DNA of 64,000 nt from Gemmatimonadota bacterium (GTDB taxonomy: Bacteria > Gemmatimonadota > Gemmatimonadetes > Palauibacterales > Palauibacteraceae), in NCBI GenBank assembly GCA_039584815.1, contig JBDGXC010000005.1, positions 30,633 through 94,632 on the forward strand. The letters run 5' to 3'. Position numbers and translations under genes: made by a program. Under the pieces are notes generated by a model. The model saw nothing but the letters and a program-made list of their open reading frames with translations, did no database searches and was not told the origin of the DNA. Below are positions 42,262-51,097 of the stretch, in pieces. Position 1 is the stretch's first letter. Every line of letters starts with the position of its first letter.

Positions 42262-43308
42262 TCAGGTCGTGAGCACGACCTTGCCCAGGTTCCGGCGCTC
42301 GTGAATGTACCGGTGGGCCTCCACGGCGCCGTCCCGGGTCAGCGGGAAGGTTCGGTCCAGAACGGGGCGAAGCTCCCCGGACTCGATACCCCCGTAGATG
42401 TCCCGCGTCGCAGGCAGCAGCAGGTCCTCCCGCTCCTGCAGGTGAAGCAGGTGCACGCCGAACACGCCAATGCAGGGCTGCACGAGGTCGAGGGGGTGTA
42501 CGCGCGGGGTTCGCAGCCACGCCAGGGCGGCCCGAGGCCAGTTGCGCTTCCGTGACGGCAGGGCGGCGCTCATCCCGTAGAACACGTGCCGCCCGAGGGG
42601 CGCCAGCAGCCGGCGGCACGCAGCCGTCGCCGCGCCGCCCGTGGCGTCGAGAGCGACGTCGAGCCCGCGCGATCCGAGCAGCCGCTCCACATCGGGCTCC
42701 CAGTCGCCGCGCGAGTCGAAGCAGGCATCCGCGCCCAGCTCCTGGACCACGAATGCGCGCTTCGGCTCCGTGCCGGCCGTTCCGATCGCGCGGAGTCCGG
42801 CCCGAACGGCGAGCTGTACCGCGGCGGTACCGACGCCGCCGCCGGCGCCCAGCACGAGAACTACTTCTCCGGATCGCGCGCGCGCGCACTCGAACAGGCA
42901 CACCCAGGCAGTGAGGAACACGACCGGGACAGCCGCCGCCTCCGCAGGACTCAACGACTCCGGGTACCGGAACAGACTGCGGGCCGGGACGACCACGTCC
43001 CGCGCGTAGCCCCCGTGCCGGACGAGAGCCACGGCGCGGTCGCCGGGAGACCAGCCGTCGACGTCCCCGCCGACCTCCACCACCTCGCCCGCCACCTCGA
43101 AGCCCGGACTGTACGGACGCGGCGGCACCGTATCGTACATGCCGGCGCGCATGATCAGGTCGGCGAAGTTGACCCCGGCGGCCTTCACCCGCAGGTGCAC
43201 TTCGGACGGTCCCGGCGCGGCCAGGGGAATGTCGCGCTCCGCTAAGACGTCGGGCGGGCCGTGCCGCTCGATTCGAATGGCTCGGGTCGTGGACTGGCTC
43301 ATCGGCAT
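42262..43308 (-). CDS. zinc-type alcohol dehydrogenase / quinone oxidoreductase family (MDR)
   Basis: Start at MPMSQSTTRAIRIERHGPPDVL. VKAAGVNFADL, GGVGTAAVQLA Rossmann motif. Confidence 0.88.
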   Translation of the reverse strand: MPMSQSTTRAIRIERHGPPDVLAERDIPLAAPGPSEVHLRVKAAGVNFADLIMRAGMYDTVPPRPYSPGFEVAGEVVEVGGDVDGWSPGDRAVALVRHGGYARDVVVPARSLFRYPESLSPAEAAAVPVVFLTAWVCLFECARARSGEVVLVLGAGGGVGTAAVQLAVRAGLRAIGTAGTEPKRAFVVQELGADACFDSRGDWEPDVERLLGSRGLDVALDATGGAATAACRRLLAPLGRHVFYGMSAALPSRKRNWPRAALAWLRTPRVHPLDLVQPCIGVFGVHLLHLQEREDLLLPATRDIYGGIESGELRPVLDRTFPLTRDGAVEAHRYIHERRNLGKVVLTT

Positions 43309-43514
43309 CGCTCCGCGTCGAGGTCGAGGCCGAACGGTACGCCGCCCGAAGTCGACAGGCCATAGTCTTCGGCCTGCTCCGAGAGGCCACGGAACCCCGG
43401 TTCCACCAGGAAGTCGGCTCGCGGATTTCGAGTGGCGGCCCTGCGAGTCTTGAATTCGGGCACCGCTCGGGTGTATTGACGTGTGGAGGTCAGAGTCACA
43501 CACGGAGAACCACA

Positions 43515-44240
43515 ATGAATGACAGGCCCGAGCTCAGGCTCCACGAGGAGGCGCTCCTCCTCGCGCTGAAGGACGACAAGGGTACACCGCAGTCGGCGCA
43601 GTACAGCTTCGCCCTGGGCGGCGCCCTGCTCGCCGAGCTCCTTCTGACGGAGCGACTCATCCTGGAGGAGAAGCCGAGAAGGAAGCCCTTGAAGCAGGGA
43701 AAGAAGCCCGATTACCTGGTTGCCGTGCAGAACCCGAAGCCGCTGGCCGATCCGATCCTCGACGAGTGCCTGCTCCGGGTGAAGGACTCGAGGAAGCCGC
43801 GCTCTCCGCAGGAGTGGGTCGGCCGGTTCTACCAGCTCAAGGATCTCAAGCGCCGAATCGCCGTTGGCCTGTGCCGGCGCGGGATCCTGCGTGAGAGAGA
43901 GGACCGGATCCTCGTGCTGTTCCGGCGCACCGCGTATCCGGTGCTGGATGGGGCCCCCGAACGCCGCGTGGTCGAGCGCGTCCGTGGCGCCGTGACGAGC
44001 GACTCGGACGACCTGGAACCGCGCACGGCCGTTCTGGTTGCCCTCGCCAGCGGCACCGGCCTTCTGAAGCCCGTCCTGGGCAAGGAGCTGGTGAAGCAGC
44101 GCAAGGATCGCATCAGGGCGATCGCCGATGGCGACATCGTGGGCGAGGCCACGAAGGCGGCGGTGGAGGCCGCGCAGGCGGCAGTCATTGCCGCGGCAAG
44201 CGCCGGGTCCGTGGCGGCGACGGCGGCTGCCGGCAGCTGA
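43515..44240 (+). CDS. GPP34/GOLPH3 family protein
   Basis: MNDRPELRLHEEALLLALKDDKGT ... typical bacterial GPP34 N-terminus. 241 aa. Confidence 0.75.
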   Translation: MNDRPELRLHEEALLLALKDDKGTPQSAQYSFALGGALLAELLLTERLILEEKPRRKPLKQGKKPDYLVAVQNPKPLADPILDECLLRVKDSRKPRSPQEWVGRFYQLKDLKRRIAVGLCRRGILREREDRILVLFRRTAYPVLDGAPERRVVERVRGAVTSDSDDLEPRTAVLVALASGTGLLKPVLGKELVKQRKDRIRAIADGDIVGEATKAAVEAAQAAVIAAASAGSVAATAAAGS

Positions 44241-44304
44241 CGGGAAAGCGAGCGCCGGGAGAGGGTCCCCGACGCCACGTCGCGTCCGGCAGAACCGAAA
44301 CCGC

Positions 44305-46797
44305 CTATTCCGCCCGCAGCGCGATCGTCGGATCTAGCGACGCAGCCCTGCGCGCAGGCACCCAGCTGGCGAACACCGCGACCGCGAACAGCAGAGCCAC
44401 CACGATCCCGAACGTCGGCGGATCGGTCGGTGACACCTCGAACAGAAGAGCCTCCATCAGTCGGGTCAGGCCAAGGGCCGCCCCGAAGCCGACGCCGAGA
44501 CCGATGCCGGCGACGATCGCGCCCTGCTTCACCACCATGCCGCGTACCCGGGAGGCCGGCGCCCCGAGCGCCATCCGCACACCGATCTCCTGTCGGCGCT
44601 GCGTGACGCCATAGCTGATCACCCCGTACAGGCCGACCGCGCCCAGGAGCAGGGCGACGCCCGCCGCGATTCCGAGCATCAACATCGTGAATCCGGCGCG
44701 CGAGGTAGCGTCGCGCAGCACTCCCTCCATCGTCTCCACTCCGGTGATCGGAACCGTGGGATCGATCTCCCATACCGCGTCGCGAATCTCCGGAGCCAGC
44801 GATGTCGGCGCCGCCGTCGTGCGGGCGACGATGCTCATCGTGGAGCGGTAGTTGTCCCCCGGCCCGACCATCGCGTAGTAGATGATGGGACGGATGTCCA
44901 TCTCGAGGGCCAGATTCCGAACGTCATCCACCACTCCGACCACCTGCCACCAGCCGAAGTTCTCTTCTTCCTGTTCCTGTGCGATGCCCGGCCACACCTG
45001 TTTGCCTACCGCACTCTCGCCAGGCCAGAAGTGCTCGGCGAATGCCCTGTTCACCACGACGGCCCCGACCTGACCCGTAATGTCCGATCGCTCGATCAGT
45101 CGACCCTCGAGCAACCGGATTCCCATCGTCTCGAAATAGCCCGGCGCCGTCATGATCTCCAGCGAAATGTGGGGGAGGGAACCGGGCTCGACCGGCTTGT
45201 CCTCGATGAGCACACCGCTGTGGCTCTCGCCGCCCGGCCGGAGCGGAAGCTTGTTCGTCGCGCCGGCCCGCTCCACGCCGGGAAGCGCCTCCACCCGATC
45301 CACGAGCCGCTGATAGAAGGCGGCGACCGTCTGCTGGTCGTTGTACGTCACGTCGGGAAGCGAGAGCCGCAAGGTGAGCACGTTCTCCGCCTCGAAGCCG
45401 GGATCGACGCTCTTCAGGTGCCAGAAGCTCTTCACCAGAAGGCCGGAGCCCACCATCAGCAGGAATGCGAGGGCGACCTGCCCCAGCACGAGCACGGTGC
45501 GCGCTCGGACCCCCGTCTTCCCCGACGTGGTACCGCGGAAGCCTTCCTTGAGCGAGTTGGCTATGTCCGGCCGTGCGTGCCGGAACAGCGGCGCGAGGCC
45601 GAACAGCAGCCCGGCCGCCACCGACACGCCGACCGTGAACAGCAGCACGGAGGCGTCGATCCGGATCTCGGCGAGACGAGGGATGCTCTCGGGGGCCAGC
45701 GCCACGAGCAACCGGATTCCGCCGAACGCGAGCAGGAGGCCCAGCGCGCCGCCGACCATCGCCAGGACCGTGCTCTCACGCAGGAACCCACGCGCAAGGA
45801 TCCCTCTCTCCGCTCCAAGGGCGCTGCGGATGGCGATCTCCTTGTGCCGGCCCTCCGCCCGCACGAGGAATAGATTCGCGACGTTGGCGCACGCGATCAG
45901 GAGCACCACGGCTACCGTACCGAGGAGGATCCACAGCGCCTGCCGTACGTCGCGCGTGACGCGCTCGACCAGAGGTGTGACCATCGCGTCCCAACCGGTC
46001 TGCTCCATCATCTCGTGCGTGAGGAAGTCCCCGTAGCGGTCGGGGACCTGGAGAGTGAGACGCCGAATGTCCTCGTACACCGCCTCCGGGCTCACACCAT
46101 CCTTCATCCGCCCGATCGCGTTGAAGCTGAAGTTGCCTGTCGTCAGGCTCTCCGGGTCCAGCTCGAACGGCTGCCAGATCTCGATGCCGGGCTCGTCCGG
46201 CAGATCGAAGCCGGCCGGCATCACACCGACGATCCGGCGGCTCGTGCCGTTCACGATCAGCGTGCGATCGAGGACGGCGGGATCTCCTCCGAACCGCCGT
46301 AGCCACAGGCCGTGGCTCAGGATCGCGACCGGCTCCGCGTCCGGAAGCGTCTCCTCCTCCAGGAACGGACGCCCGAGAGCGGGCTGGGTCCGCAGGACGT
46401 CGAACATCGTGGTCGTCAGCCCGGCTGCCATCAGGCGCTCGGGCTCGTCCTCTCCGCTCAGATTGACGGAGCCGTCCCAGTACATGCCCAGGTTCTCGAG
46501 CGTGGTGCTCTCGTCCCTGTATAGGACGTAGGTGCCCGTGGACTGCGGCACTTCCGGAAAGCCGGCGAGCGGTGCCGTGTGTCCGACGAGCACGAGCCGG
46601 CTCGACTCGGGATACGGCAGCGGCCGGAGCAGCACTCCGCTCACCACGCTGAAGATGGCCGAGTTGGCGCCGATCGCCACTGCGAGAGTCAACACCGTGA
46701 TGGCTGTGAACAGTCGACTCCGCCACAGGGAGCGAATCGTATGTCTCAGGTCTCGGGCCAGGCGGGGCATGTCACCACTCCTCATCCACGTCCTCAC
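44305..46797 (-). CDS. ADOP-type duplicated FtsX/MacB-like permease (second copy)
   Basis: 830 aa. LARDLRHTIRSLWRSRLFTAITVLTLAVAIGANSAIFSV N-terminus. Two FtsX 4-TM repeats. Start could also be ATG 46770. Confidence 0.85.
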   Translation of the reverse strand: MRTWMRSGDMPRLARDLRHTIRSLWRSRLFTAITVLTLAVAIGANSAIFSVVSGVLLRPLPYPESSRLVLVGHTAPLAGFPEVPQSTGTYVLYRDESTTLENLGMYWDGSVNLSGEDEPERLMAAGLTTTMFDVLRTQPALGRPFLEEETLPDAEPVAILSHGLWLRRFGGDPAVLDRTLIVNGTSRRIVGVMPAGFDLPDEPGIEIWQPFELDPESLTTGNFSFNAIGRMKDGVSPEAVYEDIRRLTLQVPDRYGDFLTHEMMEQTGWDAMVTPLVERVTRDVRQALWILLGTVAVVLLIACANVANLFLVRAEGRHKEIAIRSALGAERGILARGFLRESTVLAMVGGALGLLLAFGGIRLLVALAPESIPRLAEIRIDASVLLFTVGVSVAAGLLFGLAPLFRHARPDIANSLKEGFRGTTSGKTGVRARTVLVLGQVALAFLLMVGSGLLVKSFWHLKSVDPGFEAENVLTLRLSLPDVTYNDQQTVAAFYQRLVDRVEALPGVERAGATNKLPLRPGGESHSGVLIEDKPVEPGSLPHISLEIMTAPGYFETMGIRLLEGRLIERSDITGQVGAVVVNRAFAEHFWPGESAVGKQVWPGIAQEQEEENFGWWQVVGVVDDVRNLALEMDIRPIIYYAMVGPGDNYRSTMSIVARTTAAPTSLAPEIRDAVWEIDPTVPITGVETMEGVLRDATSRAGFTMLMLGIAAGVALLLGAVGLYGVISYGVTQRRQEIGVRMALGAPASRVRGMVVKQGAIVAGIGLGVGFGAALGLTRLMEALLFEVSPTDPPTFGIVVALLFAVAVFASWVPARRAASLDPTIALRAE

Positions 46798-46808
46798 GCT
46801 TCAGCCGG

Positions 46809-47585
46809 TCACGAGATCCGTACGGTGTGGTTCGGGGAGGGGTTTCGGGAGCTCGCCTGCCGCCGGAGTCGGGCCCAGTGCTCGTTGGCCAGTTCATGCT
46901 TCTCCGACAGATCACCGGGAAGCAAGTCCCGCGCGAGCCCGGTCCGGGTGTTGTCCGATATCGCCCCACACTGGATGATCTCGCGCCCGGCCCGGCGCAC
47001 CGTTTCGAAGTACGCTTCGAACAGACCCTGCAGCGCACGCAGCCGGAGCGGCTCGGCGAACGGCCGGAGGATCTCCCCCACGACGTGCATTCCGTGCATG
47101 CGGGCGATATGACGGAACGTGTGCACCAGAGCGTCGAAGTTGTGGAAACCGGGAAAGCCGCACGGCGATACGAGAACCAGTCGGCCGGGTTCGGGTCCGC
47201 GGGCCGGATGTCCTGACCACCCTTCGACGTGAGGGTTGGGCACGAGCCACGGTTCGTACCGTGGAAGCAGCCGATCGAGGAACGTCTTCATCAAGCCCGT
47301 CATGCAGCCGTGATAAACGGGTGTTCCGAACACGACGATGTCGGCCGCGGCCCACGCCCCGAGGGCTCTCTCCATGCCGTCCGAGTAAACGCAGCGACCC
47401 GGCGCGTGGACCCAGCACGAGAAGCAGCCGTTGCACGGCTCGAGGTTCAGCCGGCGAACGTGGATCAGCTCGGTCGTGGCTCCTGCCTCTCTCATCCCCT
47501 CGAGCAGCGGCGTCAGGAGCCGATGCGTCGCTCCGGCCCCGGCGCGCGGAGAGCCGTTGAGGGCCAGGACGCGGGGGCTCGGCAT
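46809..47585 (-). CDS. iron-sulfur flavoprotein-like NAD(P)H-dependent FMN reductase
   Basis: 258 aa. VLALNGSPR flavodoxin-like start. Compact Cys motif CNGCFSCWVHAPGRC (CX2CX2CX7C). The ATG shares one base with the upstream stop (TGATG at 47583..47587). Confidence 0.8.
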   Translation of the reverse strand: MPSPRVLALNGSPRAGAGATHRLLTPLLEGMREAGATTELIHVRRLNLEPCNGCFSCWVHAPGRCVYSDGMERALGAWAAADIVVFGTPVYHGCMTGLMKTFLDRLLPRYEPWLVPNPHVEGWSGHPARGPEPGRLVLVSPCGFPGFHNFDALVHTFRHIARMHGMHVVGEILRPFAEPLRLRALQGLFEAYFETVRRAGREIIQCGAISDNTRTGLARDLLPGDLSEKHELANEHWARLRRQASSRNPSPNHTVRIS

Positions 47586-48646
47586 CAGAGCCTCGCCGCT
47601 GCCAGAAAGGGCACTCCGGCGACCGCATTCGCGGTGACGATCGCGCTCAACGCGACCACGATCCCGGCCAGGGCCCCCAGGCGGAGCTTCCTTCGCCACC
47701 CATCCGCATCCTCGATTCGGAGACGCGCTGCGCTGCGCGGGAGACGAATCGTGGCCGCGATCGCCGGGACGAGGAGCAGGACGCGGAGAACCCCGAGCAC
47801 GCCGCCGGCCTCGGGCCAGCGCAGTGAGGCCACGGACAGAGAGCCCATGGCCACGAACACGGCACCCCACAGGAAGGTCAGCACTCGATTCACGTGCAGG
47901 AACGTGCTGTTGGCCGCGAGCGCTTCCGCGTGATCCCACCGGGAGTAGTCCGCCGTCAGGGGCCTCGGGGCGTGCAGCAGGGAAGAGAGCCAGATGATTC
48001 CGAGGGCGAGGCTGTCGGCGGCGCTCCCCCAGCCGGTGAGCGCCTCCTTTCCGACCGGATGAAGCGTGGCGATCGCTCCCGTGCCAAGGAACAGCGCCGA
48101 CCCGATCTCGAACCACGTCACTCGGCCGGACACGGCGTGATAGGCGGCGAGAAGCGCCGCCACGGGGAACGCGACACGCAGGCCGGTGGGGACGTCCAGG
48201 CCGACCAGAGGCCCGAGCCACAGCACGAGCCACGGAGCGAAGGCCACGGTGAGCCAGCGCGACCCCTTGAGAGAGATCGGTCCGGAACGCCGTCGCGTGA
48301 CCGGAGGCACGATCGCCTCTTTCGGGGCTCTGCCGAACAGCTCGTCCAGCCGGGCAAGGAGGGAGGCATCGCCGCGCACCTCGTACAGACCATCCAGCAG
48401 CGCATCCCGACCCGAGATCTCTCGAGAGCTGACGCGCGCCCATACTTCCGAGGGCGTCGCTATGGTCAGGGTCGGCTCCACGGACTGCCCGGTCCCGAAC
48501 GTGCAGGTGCCGTCCGAGATCCGGAGGCGATACACGCCGGGCTCGGCGCCCGAGATTTCGAACTGGATGGTTGCCTCGAGATCTCCGGCGGCAGCGGGGT
48601 CGAACAACAGCGCCATCCCCTCGATCGTCTGTCTCATCGTCCTCAT
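47585..48646 (-). CDS. SCP2 sterol-carrier-like domain fused to a polytopic membrane domain
   Basis: 353 aa from ATG 48646 (ATGA overlap with the PadR stop). N-terminal part about 100 aa, DLEATIQFEISG...YRLRISDGTCTF...GDASLLARLDELF. Then about 6-7 hydrophobic segments. Confidence 0.7.
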   Translation of the reverse strand: MRTMRQTIEGMALLFDPAAAGDLEATIQFEISGAEPGVYRLRISDGTCTFGTGQSVEPTLTIATPSEVWARVSSREISGRDALLDGLYEVRGDASLLARLDELFGRAPKEAIVPPVTRRRSGPISLKGSRWLTVAFAPWLVLWLGPLVGLDVPTGLRVAFPVAALLAAYHAVSGRVTWFEIGSALFLGTGAIATLHPVGKEALTGWGSAADSLALGIIWLSSLLHAPRPLTADYSRWDHAEALAANSTFLHVNRVLTFLWGAVFVAMGSLSVASLRWPEAGGVLGVLRVLLLVPAIAATIRLPRSAARLRIEDADGWRRKLRLGALAGIVVALSAIVTANAVAGVPFLAAARL

Positions 48647-49191
48647 TCCATTCCCTCCACGGTCTCGATGGCCTTCTCCAGCCAGTCCACGTACATGCGC
48701 TCGTTTCGCTCCCCGAGCTCCCGCACGAGCTCCCAGAAGACGGCGGGGCGCTCCAGTTGGGGTTTCAGCGCCACGCCGGCGATCACATCCCTCGTTTCCC
48801 GGTACCGGGCGAGCTGTTGCCGATGGAGACCGAGCTGGGCGTGAAGCTGCGCTAGCGCCTCGTCGCGCCGCACAAAGCCCGCGAAGAAGAGCTTCAGAAG
48901 GCCCGGATTCCGGCCACGCGGCAGGTCGGCGAGCGGCTCGGCGACCCATTCCAGCAGTTCCTCCCGACCGGTCTCGCTCATCCGGTACACGACTCGATCC
49001 GGCCTCGCTTGCTGAGCTTCCACGGCGCTCGTGATCCACCCTTCGTCCTCCAGCTTCTTGAGCGTCGGGTAGATCTGGTTCAGACCCGCGTACCAGAAGT
49101 TCTGGGTCGAGCGGTCGAGTTGTTTCTTCAGGTCGTAGCCCGTCATGGGCCCCAGATTGAGAAAGCCGAGCAGCGCATAGCGCAGGGACAT
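48643..49191 (-). CDS. PadR family transcriptional regulator (long form with C-terminal domain)
   Basis: MSLRYALLGFLNLGPMTGYDLKKQL ... IYPTLKKLEDEGWI ... RVVYRMSETGREEL. Confidence 0.9.
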   Translation of the reverse strand: MSLRYALLGFLNLGPMTGYDLKKQLDRSTQNFWYAGLNQIYPTLKKLEDEGWITSAVEAQQARPDRVVYRMSETGREELLEWVAEPLADLPRGRNPGLLKLFFAGFVRRDEALAQLHAQLGLHRQQLARYRETRDVIAGVALKPQLERPAVFWELVRELGERNERMYVDWLEKAIETVEGME

Positions 49192-49203
49192 GCGGACCTC
49201 ACG

Positions 49204-49239
49204 ATTATATCAGTATTGTTATATCATTAATGATATAAT
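49204..49239. promoter_or_regulatory. AT-rich divergent promoter/operator island: perfect 20-bp palindrome and three TGATATAA motifs
   Basis: TTATATCATTAATGATATAA at 49219..49238. TGATATAAT on the plus strand at 49231..49239 and on the minus strand at 49212..49204. TGATATAAC on the minus strand at 49226..49218. Confidence 0.6.
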
Positions 49240-49366
49240 ACAACAATCCGCGATCGAGTCAAGGGTGCGCGAACGCAAGATCGAGCCGTCGCCTCGCAAC
49301 CCCTTTCACCCTATATTCTTGAAACCCGGCGCTTCCCCTCGCCGACCCTCCTCGAGCCCCGGAGCC

Positions 49367-50989
49367 ATGCCTGAGGTCATCGAGCTTCTCCGGTCCGGCC
49401 TGACGGGCCGATACGACATCGAGCGCGAGCTTGGCCGTGGCGGCATGTCCACCGTGTTTCTGGCGCGCGACCTGAAACACGATCGATCGGTCGCGCTCAA
49501 GGTGCTGCGCCCCGATCTCGCGTCCGCCGTGGGATCGGATCGGTTCCTGCGCGAAATCAAGCTCACGGCGGCGCTGAATCACCCTCATATCCTTCCGCTC
49601 CTCGACTCCGGGGCGATCGACGGCCTCGTGTACTACGTGATGCCGTACGTGACAGGCGGATCACTGCGCGGCCGGCTGGCGCTCGGCGAGCCGCTGTCGC
49701 TCGATGAGGCGATGCGCGTGGCCCGTCAGGTCGCCGCGGCGCTCGACTATGCGCACCGGGCCGGCGTCGTGCACCGAGACATCAAGCCCGAGAACATCCT
49801 GTTCTCCGAGGGGCTCGCGGTCGTAGCGGACTTCGGAGTGGCACGCGCCGTGAGCACCGTCGACGGTCAGACGCTGACGCGCAGTGGTTTCCCCGTCGGC
49901 ACGCTGGGCTACATGAGCCCGGAGCAGGCGGCCGGCCGCACGGACCTCGACGAGCGCACGGACGTGTTCAGCCTCGCGTGCGTGGTATACGAGATGCTGG
50001 TGGCGGACACCCCCGCCGGCTGGCCGGGTGAGGAGGACGCGCGGCTCGGACGGTTTCTCGAGGCCCCGCCCGACCACCGCGCACTGCTCGACGCGCTTCC
50101 CGGCCGCGTTGAACAGGTGCTGACGGGAGCTCTGGCGCTACGGGCAGGCGACCGCTACGAGTCGCCTGGCGAGCTCGTCGGGGCCCTCGCGGCGGCGGCG
50201 GAGAGAAGAGAACCGGTGGCCGACGGGACGATGCGGGCCATCCTGGAGCGTGCGGCGGAGCTGGAAGCGGAGTCGGGACCCGGCGGCCGTGCCCTCACCA
50301 TGGGATCGGTGGAACAGGTGGCGGCCGAAGCCGGGATCCCTCCCGCGCAGGTGCGTGAGGCGGCGGCCGAGGTGCGACGGTCGGCGGTGCGCCAGCTCGC
50401 GGCGGACCCGGCGCCTCCGCCGGCGCGGAACACCACGGCCTATCCCTCATCTCCCGACGTCCGGTTCGCCAAGGACCGTCTGTCTGCGGATCGCGTCGTG
50501 GCATGCGAGGTGTCCGGGGCGGCGTATCCCGACGTCGTGGACCTGATTCAGGAGAAGCTCCAGATCGTGGGGCACGTGTCTACACTAGGCCGTACCCTGA
50601 CATGGAGCCCGGCCAGCCAGGGTACCGAGAGCCGAAAGATCGTGATCACGGTGCGGCCGCGATCGGGCCGCACCGACGTCCACATCGAGGAGCAAATCGA
50701 GATGTCCGGCTGGCGCATCTTCGCTCCCGGGTGGGGTGCCGCCGCCGGTGCCCTGTTCGGGCTGGCCATCGCGGCCGCGCTGGGTCTCCAGGAGGAGGTG
50801 ATTCTCGTGACGGCGCTGCCGGCATCGATCTTCGGCGCTCTTGCGACCGTCCGAGGGATGATCAACACGAAAGCCCACAACGCCCGACCCCAGTTGCAGC
50901 GGGTCCTGGACGGGCTGACGGAAATCATCGAGAGCCGGGCGGGAGCGCCCGGCGCGATCACGGCTGTGGGGCCGGAGCCGGCAGACTGA
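49367..50989 (+). CDS. Ser/Thr protein kinase with unusual C-terminal region and membrane segments
   Basis: GRGGMSTVFLARD, VALKVL, HRDIKPENIL, DFGVA, GTLGYMSPEQ. C-terminal 250 aa unassigned, with two hydrophobic segments near the end. Confidence 0.9.
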   Translation: MPEVIELLRSGLTGRYDIERELGRGGMSTVFLARDLKHDRSVALKVLRPDLASAVGSDRFLREIKLTAALNHPHILPLLDSGAIDGLVYYVMPYVTGGSLRGRLALGEPLSLDEAMRVARQVAAALDYAHRAGVVHRDIKPENILFSEGLAVVADFGVARAVSTVDGQTLTRSGFPVGTLGYMSPEQAAGRTDLDERTDVFSLACVVYEMLVADTPAGWPGEEDARLGRFLEAPPDHRALLDALPGRVEQVLTGALALRAGDRYESPGELVGALAAAAERREPVADGTMRAILERAAELEAESGPGGRALTMGSVEQVAAEAGIPPAQVREAAAEVRRSAVRQLAADPAPPPARNTTAYPSSPDVRFAKDRLSADRVVACEVSGAAYPDVVDLIQEKLQIVGHVSTLGRTLTWSPASQGTESRKIVITVRPRSGRTDVHIEEQIEMSGWRIFAPGWGAAAGALFGLAIAAALGLQEEVILVTALPASIFGALATVRGMINTKAHNARPQLQRVLDGLTEIIESRAGAPGAITAVGPEPAD

Positions 50990-51035
50990 GAGTGTCTCCC
51001 GGATGCCGGCGCGCGGAGCCCGGGCCGGATGGCGA

Positions 51036-51062
51036 AAGGGGCGACCCGTTGGGCCGCCCCTT
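51036..51062. terminator. hairpin between convergent kinase and protease genes
   Basis: AAGGGGCG (51036..51043) and CGCCCCTT (51055..51062) form an 8-bp stem. Weak flanking T/A runs. Confidence 0.35.
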
Positions 51063-51097
51063 CGTCATGTCGATGGGACGCTGCCAGCCGGTCCGGT

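Noticed and set aside
47586-49039. Long N-terminal extensions of track ORFs 46809..48443 and 47585..49039
   Set aside because: Homology to the flavoprotein and SCP2-membrane families begins at internal ATGs (47585 and 48646) that form start/stop overlaps with the upstream genes. The extensions overlap those genes out of frame.
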